Assembly: GCA_963675525.2 (NCBI GenBank) | Contig: CAXXSL010000016.1 | Coordinates: 960,001-1,024,000, forward strand | DNA: 64,000 nt | DNA from: Anaerohalosphaeraceae bacterium | GTDB taxonomy: Bacteria; Planctomycetota; Phycisphaerae; Sedimentisphaerales; Anaerohalosphaeraceae | Direction of reading: 5' to 3' | Shown here: positions 1 through 9,286 of the stretch, one piece after another | Layout: each line of letters begins with the position of its first letter | Position numbering within the stretch: position 1 is the stretch's first letter | Notes under the pieces: model-generated | Databases searched by the model: none | The model's input: only the letters and a program-made list of their open reading frames with translations | Told to the model about the DNA's origin: nothing | Program-made: the position numbers and the translations under genes

Positions 1-356
1 TGTTTTAATTCGTTTTTATATTTAAGGCATACTGCCTCCCACTGTTCGGATGTGAAAATATAAGGCGGGCAGTTCTGATAGAGCATAAACCCCTCATCCA
101 ACCTTGTCTTTCTGATGGATCGAAGTGTGCTTTTATTCGGATTTATGATGACCTTGATATCATCATCGTTAGCTTCTTCGGGCTGGTGGGTATTGGGATC
201 GTATTCCTCTATGCTCAGACCAGTCTTTTTTTCGCGGTGCCCGGCCCCTTTATTTCTTGCCGGCAATAACGGCTCAAGTACAAGACAGGTCTTGTCTCTT
301 CTGTTTTTGTTGTATTTATCACATTCTGCTTTTCGGGTGCATTCCTGGCATGACAT
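1..356 (-). CDS. Partial hypothetical protein with Cys-rich N-terminus, possibly entering a sigma-70 region 4-like HTH; runs off the window start
   Basis: Manual translation from ATG 356: MSCQECTRKAECDKYN...PYIFTSEQWEAVCLKYKNELK, open to position 1. Absent from the ORF track because it has no stop. HTH call is inference. Confidence 0.45.
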   Translation of the reverse strand, partial: MSCQECTRKAECDKYNKNRRDKTCLVLEPLLPARNKGAGHREKKTGLSIEEYDPNTHQPEEANDDDIKVIINPNKSTLRSIRKTRLDEGFMLYQNCPPYIFTSEQWEAVCLKYKNELK

Positions 357-672
357 TGGTTTCGGAGTACAAAATCTTCATATATACCTCCGCGACGATA
401 GGAAATACCTGACAAAACCGAGTTATCAACTCGACATCCGAACATGTTGAAATATTCAGTTTTGTAAGGTCTTCAAACATTAACCGCCTTTTGTTAATTC
501 TGGTAATACCACCCCATTTTTGTTAAACTTAGGTGTCGCCGTTTTTTGACTAACAAATGGGGGTTCTTAACCCTATTTAGAGAAACTTTCCGAAAGTGGC
601 TCAGAAATCGGGCTGAAAACCGGGAGTGTTATTGCGATATATCTTTTTATTGAAAGGGGTTACGGTCGATAT

Positions 673-3600
673 ATGGTATCGCACGATAATTTAAAAAATA
701 TTGAAAAAATATATTTTTCGGACAGTTCGGTGTTTTATCCTGCGGGAAAAGCAGAGCCAAAATCAGCTAATAGCCTTGAATGGCAACTTATAAAGGCATC
801 TTTGACAGGAGAACCAATTCACTGGATAGACGGTTTTTTGATATTTGAAACTTGGCGCAATAACACCCAAAGGGGAAATTACCTTGACTTGTTTCGGACG
901 ATAGCATCACGTGTACAAAGGCAATTGAAAACCATCAATATTAATGGATTTAAGATGGAACGTCCAGGAGCAAAGGAGATTTCTGGACATTGCAGGGCCC
1001 CGTCTGTCTTGAATCGAACATTCTCAATGCCATACAATTCGCCAAAAAAGGACGTCAGGCAATTTGCGAAGGTCGCGTAGAAGACGGCATTAATCTTGTA
1101 TTGCAATCCTATAATACTTGGGCCAATGCGAAAGCATTAACAGAAGCTCTTGTATGCTTGGTGGCACTGCCAACAAACCAACAGGAACATAAATCACTTT
1201 CTGAGCTCCGACAGTTTCTTATTGACACAAAGATGGAAGTTGTATTAGCTTTAGCAAAGGTTATAGCCTTAGGTGTTGAAAGATCAAATGGATTAAATCA
1301 AAACCTAATTGAGATGGCAGCAATAAGATGGGGTGGATTATTATCTGATCTTCATGTCAGTCTAGGTATTTTTGAAGGAACCTATCATAAAGAGATTATC
1401 AATAACACTCTTCTTAATGAATTTATTTCTTACGCAAATAAATACTGCGAATATCTAAATGAGATTAATCAGAAAGGAAGCCAAGTTGATTTAGAGATAT
1501 CTCGACAGGAATCTTCGCTGTTACTAAGCAAAGTTGTAAACTGTGATTTTGTCAAGGAAGCCGCAGAACAAGTCACGTGTTATTATGAAGAGATTAGTTA
1601 TCTTAGACAATACGTTAATATGGTTAATGAATCATTGGCAATGGCCGTTCATGATTTTATCTGGGAATTTAATTTTCCATTAAATGAACAGATTAATATT
1701 TTCCCTGCTTTTTGTGAATACCTTGGGAAGTTTATAAGAAAAGACGCTATAAAAGCTGGACTTGAGGACATTTATAAGGTTAAAGATGAAAACACATCTC
1801 AAAAGGAGGCGATTGCTTCACTGCTTCAAGATATTATAGCTCCCGATGATTTAAATACTCGCATCAAAGAGATTATTAAAACATATAGTTGCAATAAAAG
1901 CACATATGAAAGCGATGAATCTGATTCAGTAAAATGGAATGACTTTAATAGACATGACAATCTTATTTATGCACAGTTGAATGAGATTGAAGCAATCAGT
2001 CACAAAACATTAGGCCGGATTGATGATCTCAATAATAAAATATTTAAAGAATCGCAGACTTTCAAATTAGAAAATAAGCTCCGTGAACTGGAATCGTCCC
2101 TTGTTAGTGATGCATATTTATTTACGGATAAGGTAGAAAACCTGATTAAAAAACGCAAATACAACAACATTGAGCAATTATCCGAAGTGGTTCTTTTATT
2201 GCTAAAAAGAGCGAGACAAGCTAATAATCTATCTGAAGCCATATGCAATGGAATAGAAAAAAAAATATGTAAAGCATTAGGATTGCTATTTATCAAAAAA
2301 GAAAGATTTGAAAGTGCAGTAGAACAATTACAGCGTTCATTATTTCTAGACTCAGCAGACAATGAGACTAAGGTCTTTCTCGCGTTCTCCATGAAATCAA
2401 TCGGAAAATACGCCGCTGCACTTAAAATATACGATGAATTAACAGCTCTGCAACTAGATAATTTCGAAGTCTACTATAATAAAGCATTAACATTACGGGA
2501 AATAGAACAGCATAAAGATGCAATACGATGCTATGAGAGAGCACTAGAACTAAATCCCAACAGTCCTTATATTTGGATGGACTTAGCAATATCTTATAGA
2601 TCAACAAAACAGCCTGTTAAGGCCTTATCTTCACTTGATAAGGCTATCGCTATAGATCCCAATAACATTATTTTTTGGTTTTACAAAGGCCTTTGTCAAT
2701 CGGGTCTTTTTCATAACGAGGATGCATATCATTCTTTTAAAAAGTGTGCTCAATTGAAGCCTCACATTGAAGGCTTAAATTTTATGCATGGATTTGCAAG
2801 TCTAGTAACAGGGAGATTTACTGAAGCGTCCAAATTATTCAAAGAAGCCATAGCTGAGGAACCTGAGGATTACAGCATATGGTTTCATTATGCAACCTCA
2901 CTGTATTATCTGGGGCAGTATGAAGCTTCTGTTGAAGCTGCTGATAATGCATTAAAGGGAGATTCTAATTTCTTTGGCACTTGGGCAGTTAAAGGCTATA
3001 GTCAGCTTGGATTAAGAAAGTATAAGGAAGCAATATGTTCTTTAGAAAAAGCGATGTCTGGTACTGATCGGCCAGGCAATATTCTTTTGGGTAAGTTTGT
3101 ATATTGCTTGAAAATGGACGGAGAGCATGAAACTGCAGTTAAGTACCTTGAACAAGCCGTGAGTCTGAGTCCAGACGACGTTGGTTTATGGTATTGCTTA
3201 GGAGAGTTATATTTCTTTCTCAGAGATTATCCAAAATCATTGATTGCTATGAACCATATAATAAGACTTGATCCAAAACACTATGATGCTCTTATTTGTA
3301 AGTCGAAAGTATTAACTTTCCATGGTACAGCTCAAGATAGCCTCGATACTTTGAAGGAGGCAATTGAAATAGAACCATCACGAATAGAGGCATATTCAGA
3401 GATTGCTCACAAGCTGTCAGTTTTTGGAAGGTACAAACAAGCAATTCCTTTTCTGAGAAAAATGATTGAACTTAATCCAACAGAAGCCAAATGGTATTTG
3501 ATCCTTGCCGAGTTAAAGAGTATAAGAAAAAATAGATTTGAAAGCGAGGCTTTGTTTACGATAGCTAACAATTTGTCACCCTTATATTTTAAAGTGGGCG

Positions 3601-3740
3601 ATAGAGTTGTCAGGTACTTTATCACTAGGTCTTTGTTTGCTTCGATTTATGCTAAATTGCTCCAGAAAGCCAGCTGTATCCTGCCTAACAGAAAAACATC
3701 CAATACTCCAATAAATGTTTTTGGCAAACTAAAATGGTAG
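673..3740 (+). CDS. Large tetratricopeptide-repeat (TPR) protein, apparently frameshifted near 980-990
   Basis: ORF 990..3740 has many TPR repeats (e.g. VYYNKALTLREIEQHKDAIRCYERALELNP). Overlapping ORF 673..1080 joins it if one T is added in ATTTCT (EIFWTLQGP). Confidence 0.8.
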
Positions 3741-3784
3741 CGTCTGCTTTTATTTTTCTTCCTCCTTATTTAAGTCGACTTTCG

Positions 3785-3837
3785 CTAAAAAGCTTAAAAG
3801 GCGCTTCCAAAGTCAGCTAACCATTTAAGCTTTTTGG
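3785..3837. repeat. TATA-containing imperfect inverted repeat, copy 1
   Basis: CTAAAAAGCTTAAA...CAGCTAACCA-TTTAAGCTTTTTGG. Shares AAAAGGCGCTTC and CAGCTAACC with the copy at 8395, and AAAAGGC..TTC and CAGCTAACC with the copy at 7057. Confidence 0.85.
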
Positions 3838-3995
3838 TTTTCAATTCCTTTTGCATCAACCCCGCTTCAGGCAACATGTTCAGAAAATTCTTTTCTTCAC
3901 GGGGACAGGGCTTCCCTGGAAATGATATGAGCCCACAGAGGTGGACTCGAAAGGGTTAAGCCTAAACCATCAAATGAAAGGAGGAAATAAAAACA

Positions 3996-4601
3996 ATGCA
4001 AGAACAAATACAAGAAAATGAAGCAATCAAGATAACTCGGGCCGGTATGGAGGAAGAACTGGGCAGTGCTTATAAACGATGTTGGGCGTTTGCTTTTCAG
4101 TATGCCTCCGAGGAACTGGATTTCGAAGACCAGACCGAAAAACTTTGCCGGGAGTTTGATTTAATCAGACCGCAGGCAGAATGGTTTATTAAGGGGGCCA
4201 ACGCCATTTTATTTAAGCAAGAAGCCAAACAAATCCGGCAAGACAATTCCAAAGAGAATAGGCAACGGCAGCTCGCTGATTTTACTTCGACTCAGCCAAC
4301 AAAACCAAATTATTTTGAAAACTATGTTTCTCAATTGGAGATGATGAGTTTTTTAGAAGATGTCGAGGATATGAGCCAAAACCCAGACTTTATAGAGTTT
4401 TGGGAAGACTTGAAGGCCTTAAAAGACAAGGTGATAGAACAGCGATGCGCAACCGAAAAAGAGGTTTTAAGGGTTTTTAAAATCCGTTCAATCGTTGAGG
4501 GAAAACGGGAGGAAAAAGAGCGTTTTTTTGACGCTTACCCCGTCAGCACCGATGCCTGGGAAAACGGTTATTTCGATATAGCCGGAGAAATTGTTTATTA
4601 G
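3996..4601 (+). CDS. Hypothetical acidic protein (leading-region-like)
   Basis: 201 aa ORF with strong SD AAAGGAGG upstream and a T-rich tract after the stop. Confidence 0.75.
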   Translation: MQEQIQENEAIKITRAGMEEELGSAYKRCWAFAFQYASEELDFEDQTEKLCREFDLIRPQAEWFIKGANAILFKQEAKQIRQDNSKENRQRQLADFTSTQPTKPNYFENYVSQLEMMSFLEDVEDMSQNPDFIEFWEDLKALKDKVIEQRCATEKEVLRVFKIRSIVEGKREEKERFFDAYPVSTDAWENGYFDIAGEIVY

Positions 4602-4833
4602 GGCATTTTTGCCCTTTCCCTTTTTTCAAGATAGCTGGGACTATCCGTCGCGGCGGCACTCACTATCGTTCGTGCCAAAAGTTTTGTCGTATTACTGTTG
4701 TGCCTTTGGCCAAACAGTAATTCAACTTTGCAGGGCTTGTTCAACCCAACTTGTCCATATGCAAACACTATATCAATTTTTTCCTGATTCCTGTGAAAAA
4801 ATTCATAAGTAATTGAAAGGAGGTAAAGTAGCA

Positions 4834-5133
4834 ATGAAAACTGAAAAGTATCCTAAGAATAATGGGTCGGAAGGTATCCGATACATGCTTGAAAAAGGCG
4901 ATGTCATCACCGCTCTTTTCTCGTCACCAAAAGAAAACCTTTTGGGTAATTCGAAATACGCTTCGTATTCGATCAAGGCTGTCTGGAACGACAAAGAAAT
5001 CTTTGTGACGTTGACGCACGGCCAGTTCAAACGGCTTGTCGGGATCGGAAACCTCGAAGGCAAAAAGCTTGTCGCGGTCGGATATTCCGGACCGACGGGA
5101 AAAGAACTGATCGGACTGGACCTTCTTGAGTGA
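4834..5133 (+). CDS. Hypothetical protein
   Basis: ATG 4834 follows GAAAGGAGG. ORF track starts at TTG 4813. Oligo-T tract follows the stop. Confidence 0.7.
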   Translation: MKTEKYPKNNGSEGIRYMLEKGDVITALFSSPKENLLGNSKYASYSIKAVWNDKEIFVTLTHGQFKRLVGIGNLEGKKLVAVGYSGPTGKELIGLDLLE

Positions 5134-5229
5134 ACCTCAAAACAAATTACATTATTTTTTTTGTTTTTTAAAACCCGATTTTTTCTTCATTAACATGTGA
5201 AGAAAAAATCTTTACGTATTATATAAAAG

Positions 5230-5784
5230 ATGGAAATGACACATTTTATTGACTGGCATGAGGAGTTCAAAGAGCATCCTGACCGGTGGCTCAACCACGG
5301 TCGGCGAGTCGCTGAGCAAAGCTGTAAGCACCAAAGCCAGGATAACGGCAGCTGCGAAACCAATATGCGATACTCCGGCTGGTGTGAGGAATGCGACTTT
5401 TACGAAGACAGTTGTGAGCCAATGATGAATTATGGCTATCCGTTATACGGTGTGCCAGACGATGATAAAATCCTTCACGTTATTCAGAAGACCTGTCTGA
5501 CCGTCATGGAAAATGATGAGACCGGAGAGTGTTTTCTGGTTTTGTGCGGCGGCGGGATGAATTTGAGTCAATCGATTGCCCATGCCTATCTTTTGGCCGG
5601 ACAGAGAATTCCTGATGAACTGGTGTTTGAAGTCAGTACACAACCCTGTTTGAGTGTGAGCAAAAGCGATTATATTCAGGTTATGCGGGAATGCAGAAAA
5701 GAGCTAAAAGATATTCGAAGGCGAGCTTCACATCGTCTCGAAGAGATTGACAACGCTCTCAAGAAGTTTTTCGAGGCGGCCTGA
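5230..5784 (+). CDS. Hypothetical Cys/acidic protein of phage or plasmid type
   Basis: 184 aa ORF containing PMMNYGYPL and LCGGGMNLSQSIAHAY motifs. Confidence 0.75.
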   Translation: MEMTHFIDWHEEFKEHPDRWLNHGRRVAEQSCKHQSQDNGSCETNMRYSGWCEECDFYEDSCEPMMNYGYPLYGVPDDDKILHVIQKTCLTVMENDETGECFLVLCGGGMNLSQSIAHAYLLAGQRIPDELVFEVSTQPCLSVSKSDYIQVMRECRKELKDIRRRASHRLEEIDNALKKFFEAA

Positions 5785-5817
5785 TCAAAAATTTGAAAGG
5801 AGGATGATAATTGAAAA

Positions 5818-6213
5818 ATGAGCGTTATGAGATTTTCTGACAAAGACCTTAGCTGCATCTACGGCAGCCTGGCCGACACCGTCTCCCATCCGTCCTTTAT
5901 GATGAGTATCGACGAAGAGTCACTTATGCCGTTTATAATTCGTGTCGGACTGTGCAATCGATTGGCTTACGAATACAACTATCACAACGAAAAGGCTTCA
6001 GAACTTGTCTTAAAGATTCCGACGGTCAGTGAGTCAGACTATTCGGATATGCCTTTAAAAAAGCTAATCGAACAATTATTGCTGCTGGATTACAACTGTG
6101 TCACCAATTCAGGCAGGTGTTTTTTAGATCAGAAGGACAAAGAATTGTTGGATCAATTAGTTTATTGTCTGCGGGTTCGGTATATCGAGATACTGGAAAG
6201 CCAAAAGAGATAA
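5818..6213 (+). CDS. Hypothetical protein
   Basis: 131 aa ORF with AAAGGAGG upstream; stop overlaps the next start (TAATG). Confidence 0.7.
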   Translation: MSVMRFSDKDLSCIYGSLADTVSHPSFMMSIDEESLMPFIIRVGLCNRLAYEYNYHNEKASELVLKIPTVSESDYSDMPLKKLIEQLLLLDYNCVTNSGRCFLDQKDKELLDQLVYCLRVRYIEILESQKR

Positions 6214-6329
6214 TGGTAAAGTGCGAAGAATGCGGAAGCAGCGGGGTTTATGTGGATGCAGAAACCGATATTGCCTGGTGTAAAAACTGCGGCTATCGGG
6301 AAGGGGTTGACTATCGGGCAGAACCTTAA
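6213..6329 (+). CDS. Small zinc-ribbon protein (38 aa)
   Basis: MVKCEECGSSGVYVDAETDIAWCKNCGY has two CxxC pairs; translationally coupled to the upstream gene. Confidence 0.65.
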   Translation: MVKCEECGSSGVYVDAETDIAWCKNCGYREGVDYRAEP

Positions 6330-6449
6330 CAGTTCACCCGTCATACTGATTGTCTTATTTTTTCACTTTCTCTTCGGAGAGATCTGAATCCGTGGGATTT
6401 AAAAAGACTCTTTTGTTTATTCATAAAATGTAAGGAGGTTTAATGGACT

Positions 6450-6782
6450 ATGGAATTGTTGACAAAGGCGATTCGAAACAGCCTGCCACCGCTTTATGCA
6501 CAGGACGGCAAGGGTGGCGATGCGACGGTGTATATCAAGTACTTCTGTCCTGATTTTTCCTGGACATGGTATGTGCTGGAAGGCTCGCCGGTGCTGAATG
6601 AAAACGGTGTCGAGATCGATTTTGAGTTTTTCGGTTTGGTTGACGGCTTTGAAAAAGAACTGGGCTATTTTCGGTTAAGCGACTTGAAGTCCTTTCGAGG
6701 CAAACTGGGACTTCCCATTGAGCGGGATCTGTATTTTTCACCCAAGCCGCTCAAGGAGATTGTACCGGGGCTTCTGGATTGA
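6450..6782 (+). CDS. DUF2958 family protein
   Basis: Recognised pattern LPPLYAQ...KYFCPDFSWTWYVLEG...FFGLVDGFEKELGYF.LSDL...LPIERDLYF; SD AAGGAGG. Confidence 0.85.
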   Translation: MELLTKAIRNSLPPLYAQDGKGGDATVYIKYFCPDFSWTWYVLEGSPVLNENGVEIDFEFFGLVDGFEKELGYFRLSDLKSFRGKLGLPIERDLYFSPKPLKEIVPGLLD

Positions 6783-6838
6783 GAAGGAACACAGGGAGAA
6801 TCAGTATTTATATGTTTGATATTTTAGGCCACAGGGTA

Positions 6839-7000
6839 TTACCCTGTATGGACCTTTTTTGATTTAGCAACCCGCCATGGCAGAATAGGCCGCTCAACCA
6901 ATTCTGAGATTTCACGAGAGATGTTTTTGATCTCTTCGATTTGAGAATCGAATTTCTTGCTGAGATTAATAATTTTCTGATTCAGATCCGTTTTTCTCAT
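6839..7000 (-). CDS. Small hypothetical coiled-coil protein (53 aa), probably leaderless
   Basis: ATG 7000 (MRKTDLNQKIINLSKK...) lies about 23 nt downstream of a TTTATATA box. Confidence 0.5.
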   Translation of the reverse strand: MRKTDLNQKIINLSKKFDSQIEEIKNISREISELVERPILPWRVAKSKKVHTG

Positions 7001-7022
7001 AATTAGTGTAACGTAGTGGCCG

Positions 7023-7037
7023 TATATAAATATTTCG
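7023..7037 (-). promoter_or_regulatory. Archaeal-type BRE-TATA promoter candidate
   Basis: Minus strand reads CGAAATATTTATATA; spacing to ATG 7000 fits an archaeal leaderless transcript. Confidence 0.55.
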
Positions 7038-7056
7038 AAGGCGGCACCGGGGGCGA

Positions 7057-7122
7057 CCAAACTCATAAAAGGCACTTCGCCTGTTGACTTGTGTGGGCTC
7101 AGCTAACCTTTTAAGTCTTTGG
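7057..7122. repeat. TATA-containing imperfect inverted repeat, copy 2
   Basis: CCAAACTCATAAAAGG...GGCTCAGCTAACCTTTTAAGTCTTTGG; right arm identical to copy 4. Confidence 0.85.
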
Positions 7123-7221
7123 CCTTAAACGCTGGTGAGTGTCACTTTACCGCTTCATCGACAATGACGCCCATCACAATAAATGCGTTCGGTGTTCGCA
7201 TTTATTTTTTCCGCTCTATGA

Positions 7222-7290
7222 TTTTCCCATAACCTTTTAGGTTTTTCCCCTGACGGGTCGCTTCGCTAAAAACGTAAAAGGCAGGGAAAT
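7222..7290. repeat. Related inverted repeat with arms in swapped order, copy 3
   Basis: TTTTCCC..AACCTTTTAGGTTTTT...GCTTCGCTAAAAACGTAAAAGGCAGGGAAAT, directly upstream of ORF 7302. Confidence 0.7.
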
Positions 7291-7301
7291 TCGCCGAGCT
7301 T

Positions 7302-7883
7302 ATGGAAAAAATAAATTACCACGAACACGAACTTGCTTGGATTGATGGGCTTTTGACAATAGTCGATTCCGCTCGTCGTATTCTTGTGACATTGAGGCAA
7401 TCGCGGCAAGAGGAGCCAACACCAACCTACGAACAGAAGCGAATGTTGGGTTTGTTAGGGTTGCGATACACTTCACACGTTACGCAACAGGACGCGAAAA
7501 AGATGATCGACTTCCGTTGTAAAAGCATCCTTGAATCAATTGTTGAACGGAAAGCTAGACCTGAATATAAGACCACCTCTTTTTCTGACCTATTCATATT
7601 ACTGAAAGGAGGTGATGGAACTATGGAATTGAAAGATTTACCGGGTACATACGCGTTACCAATCTTAAAGCTTCCGGAGACTTCTTATTATATCGATTTG
7701 GCCTTAAAACAATTCAGAGAAGTCGATAATCCAATGAGCTATATTGACTTTGACAGTTCGGATGGAATAACGCTATGCAAATACGCAAAGATTGTTTCCT
7801 GTTCTTGCAGTGTTTGTGCAATTGTTGCGAGACCATTAGAAGCCCAGATTTGCTGTACTAAAGGTCTTCATACGCTGGAGTAA
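7302..7883 (+). CDS. Hypothetical protein, possibly two genes: N-part paralogous to 8108..8359 plus an internal start at 7623
   Basis: 193 aa ORF; internal SD AAAGGAGGTGA precedes in-frame ATG 7623 (MELKDLP...). Confidence 0.6.
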   Translation: MEKINYHEHELAWIDGLLTIVDSARRILVTLRQSRQEEPTPTYEQKRMLGLLGLRYTSHVTQQDAKKMIDFRCKSILESIVERKARPEYKTTSFSDLFILLKGGDGTMELKDLPGTYALPILKLPETSYYIDLALKQFREVDNPMSYIDFDSSDGITLCKYAKIVSCSCSVCAIVARPLEAQICCTKGLHTLE

Positions 7884-8107
7884 ACTGAATCAAGGTATTA
7901 CTGTTTCATTATAGGGGTATCCACCCCTTTTTGTTTTATTAAAGCATTTGGCTGGGGGGGGGCATAAGCACGCCCGAAAACCATAAAAACTTTGTTGACT
8001 GGCATGGAAATAAACAAAGTATTTAAGGTCGTCGGTCTATGGGTTGTGTTCAGCCATTTTCGCCTTTCAGTCTCAATCTCGTTTGTTTTTATTTTTTTCT
8101 GACAAGG

Positions 8108-8359
8108 ATGAAAAAAATAAATTATAACAAACAAGAACGAGACTTAGTTGACAGGCTTTTGGAGCTACTTGAGCCTAAGATTCTTTCTCGACCAGCAAGG
8201 CAAACTGGACGCGTTACAGAACCGGCATCAAGGAAGCAATTAGAGATATTGGCTAATCTTGGGATTTATCCAAAGTGGCAAGCTACAAGGTATGAAGCTG
8301 AAGAGATGATAGTGAATTACAAGTTGATTGTAAGTTCTGCAAATAGAAGACCCTATTAG
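8108..8359 (+). CDS. Small hypothetical protein with PASxKQ-type motif
   Basis: MKKINYNKQERDLVDRLL...EPASRKQLEILANLG...TRYEAEEMI aligns by eye with MEKINYHEHELAWIDGLL...PTYEQKRMLGLLG...TQQDAKKMI; oligo-T after the stop. Confidence 0.65.
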   Translation: MKKINYNKQERDLVDRLLELLEPKILSRPARQTGRVTEPASRKQLEILANLGIYPKWQATRYEAEEMIVNYKLIVSSANRRPY

Positions 8360-8394
8360 GTCTTTTTTTTGGCATTTATGTATGACTGGTGGCA

Positions 8395-8448
8395 GCCAAA
8401 CTTATAAAAGGCGCTTCGCAGGCTCAGCTAACCTTTTAAGTCTTTGGC
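8395..8448. repeat. TATA-containing imperfect inverted repeat, copy 4
   Basis: GCCAAACTTATAAAAGGCGCTTCGCAGGCTCAGCTAACCTTTTAAGTCTTTGGC. Confidence 0.85.
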
Positions 8449-8459
8449 TTATGTTGCTA

Positions 8460-8622
8460 GTCCGGCAGGCCGGACATATGGACATCGGCGATGTCAGATT
8501 TAGTTGGCCCTGACGGGCAGATTGGGGTCACTTCGTGACCCGATACAAGGGTGTCCTTCGGACACAGATAAGACTCCTTCGGAGTCAGGGATTTCATCCC
8601 CGCTCCCTCCGGTCGCGGGGGA
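8460..8622. repeat. Tandem array of 7-8 GC-rich mini-hairpins
   Basis: GTCCGGC-AG-GCCGGAC, GACATC-GGC-GATGTC, GCCC-TGAC-GGGC, GGGTCAC-TTC-GTGACCC, GTGTCC-TTC-GGACAC, GACTCC-TTC-GGAGTC, GGGGAT-TTC-ATCCCC, plus one imperfect hairpin. Confidence 0.9.
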
Positions 8623-8834
8623 TTATGTGTGTTTTGTTTATTAGTTACTCTATGGAACGAACGGAGTTCTACCGTCGATTTCACTTAGGTTTTTTTCTGT
8701 TCCGTTTTGGAATGGTAGATAAAGGCCCTGGAACGGGAACACAAAGACACAATCTAACCTCTGATTTTATAATAGCTTATCGTTTCAACTGCGTTTATTC
8801 GATTTTGCGGCGGCGGAACACAAAATCACGGTAT

Positions 8835-8850
8835 CGAAAGGTATATAAAG
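8835..8850 (+). promoter_or_regulatory. Archaeal-type BRE-TATA promoter candidate
   Basis: CGAAAGGTATATAAAG, then SD GAGGTGA (8878-8884) and ATG 8888. Confidence 0.6.
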
Positions 8851-8887
8851 GCGTGTGATTTGGTATATGTAGAGGCAGAGGTGAGCC

Positions 8888-9286
8888 ATGTACAACCAAC
8901 GAAGATCTATCTATAAGAGCAAGGGGGAAGAGCGAATCGCGAATTATTTAGAGGAACGTAACATTGCGTTTCAGTATGAGTATCCGCTGGCAATTATGGA
9001 CCGGGGACAGGTGCGAATCTGGTATCCGGACTTTCGTTTGCCTGAATACAATATGATTATTGAGTATTTTGGGATGAATGGAAACGCTGCATATAACGAG
9101 GGAATCGCACATAAGATCCGGGCTTATCAGGAGGCCGGAATTGATGGGATTTATCTGTTGGAATCATCATTTTCCGGAGACTGGGAGGAGGGAATTCCGG
9201 CTCGGATTGAGCAGACACTGGAAGGAAAATTAAGTAAGATTCGATCCATTAATCAACAGATGTACGCAGCTCAGAGGCGAATATGA
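8888..9286 (+). CDS. Small PD-(D/E)XK-type (restriction endonuclease-like) nuclease
   Basis: KSKGEERIANYL..RNIAFQYE...WYPDFRLPEYNMIIEYFG motif. Confidence 0.75.
   Translation: MYNQRRSIYKSKGEERIANYLEERNIAFQYEYPLAIMDRGQVRIWYPDFRLPEYNMIIEYFGMNGNAAYNEGIAHKIRAYQEAGIDGIYLLESSFSGDWEEGIPARIEQTLEGKLSKIRSINQQMYAAQRRI

Noticed and set aside
3915..3975. Hammerhead-ribozyme-like TGATATGAG-stem-CTCGAAA
   Set aside because: Core is not CUGANGA, and no convincing stem I or stem III pairing was found.
8460..8622. CRISPR array or REP cluster
   Set aside because: Stems differ in sequence, spacers are too short and no cas gene is present; kept as a hairpin array.
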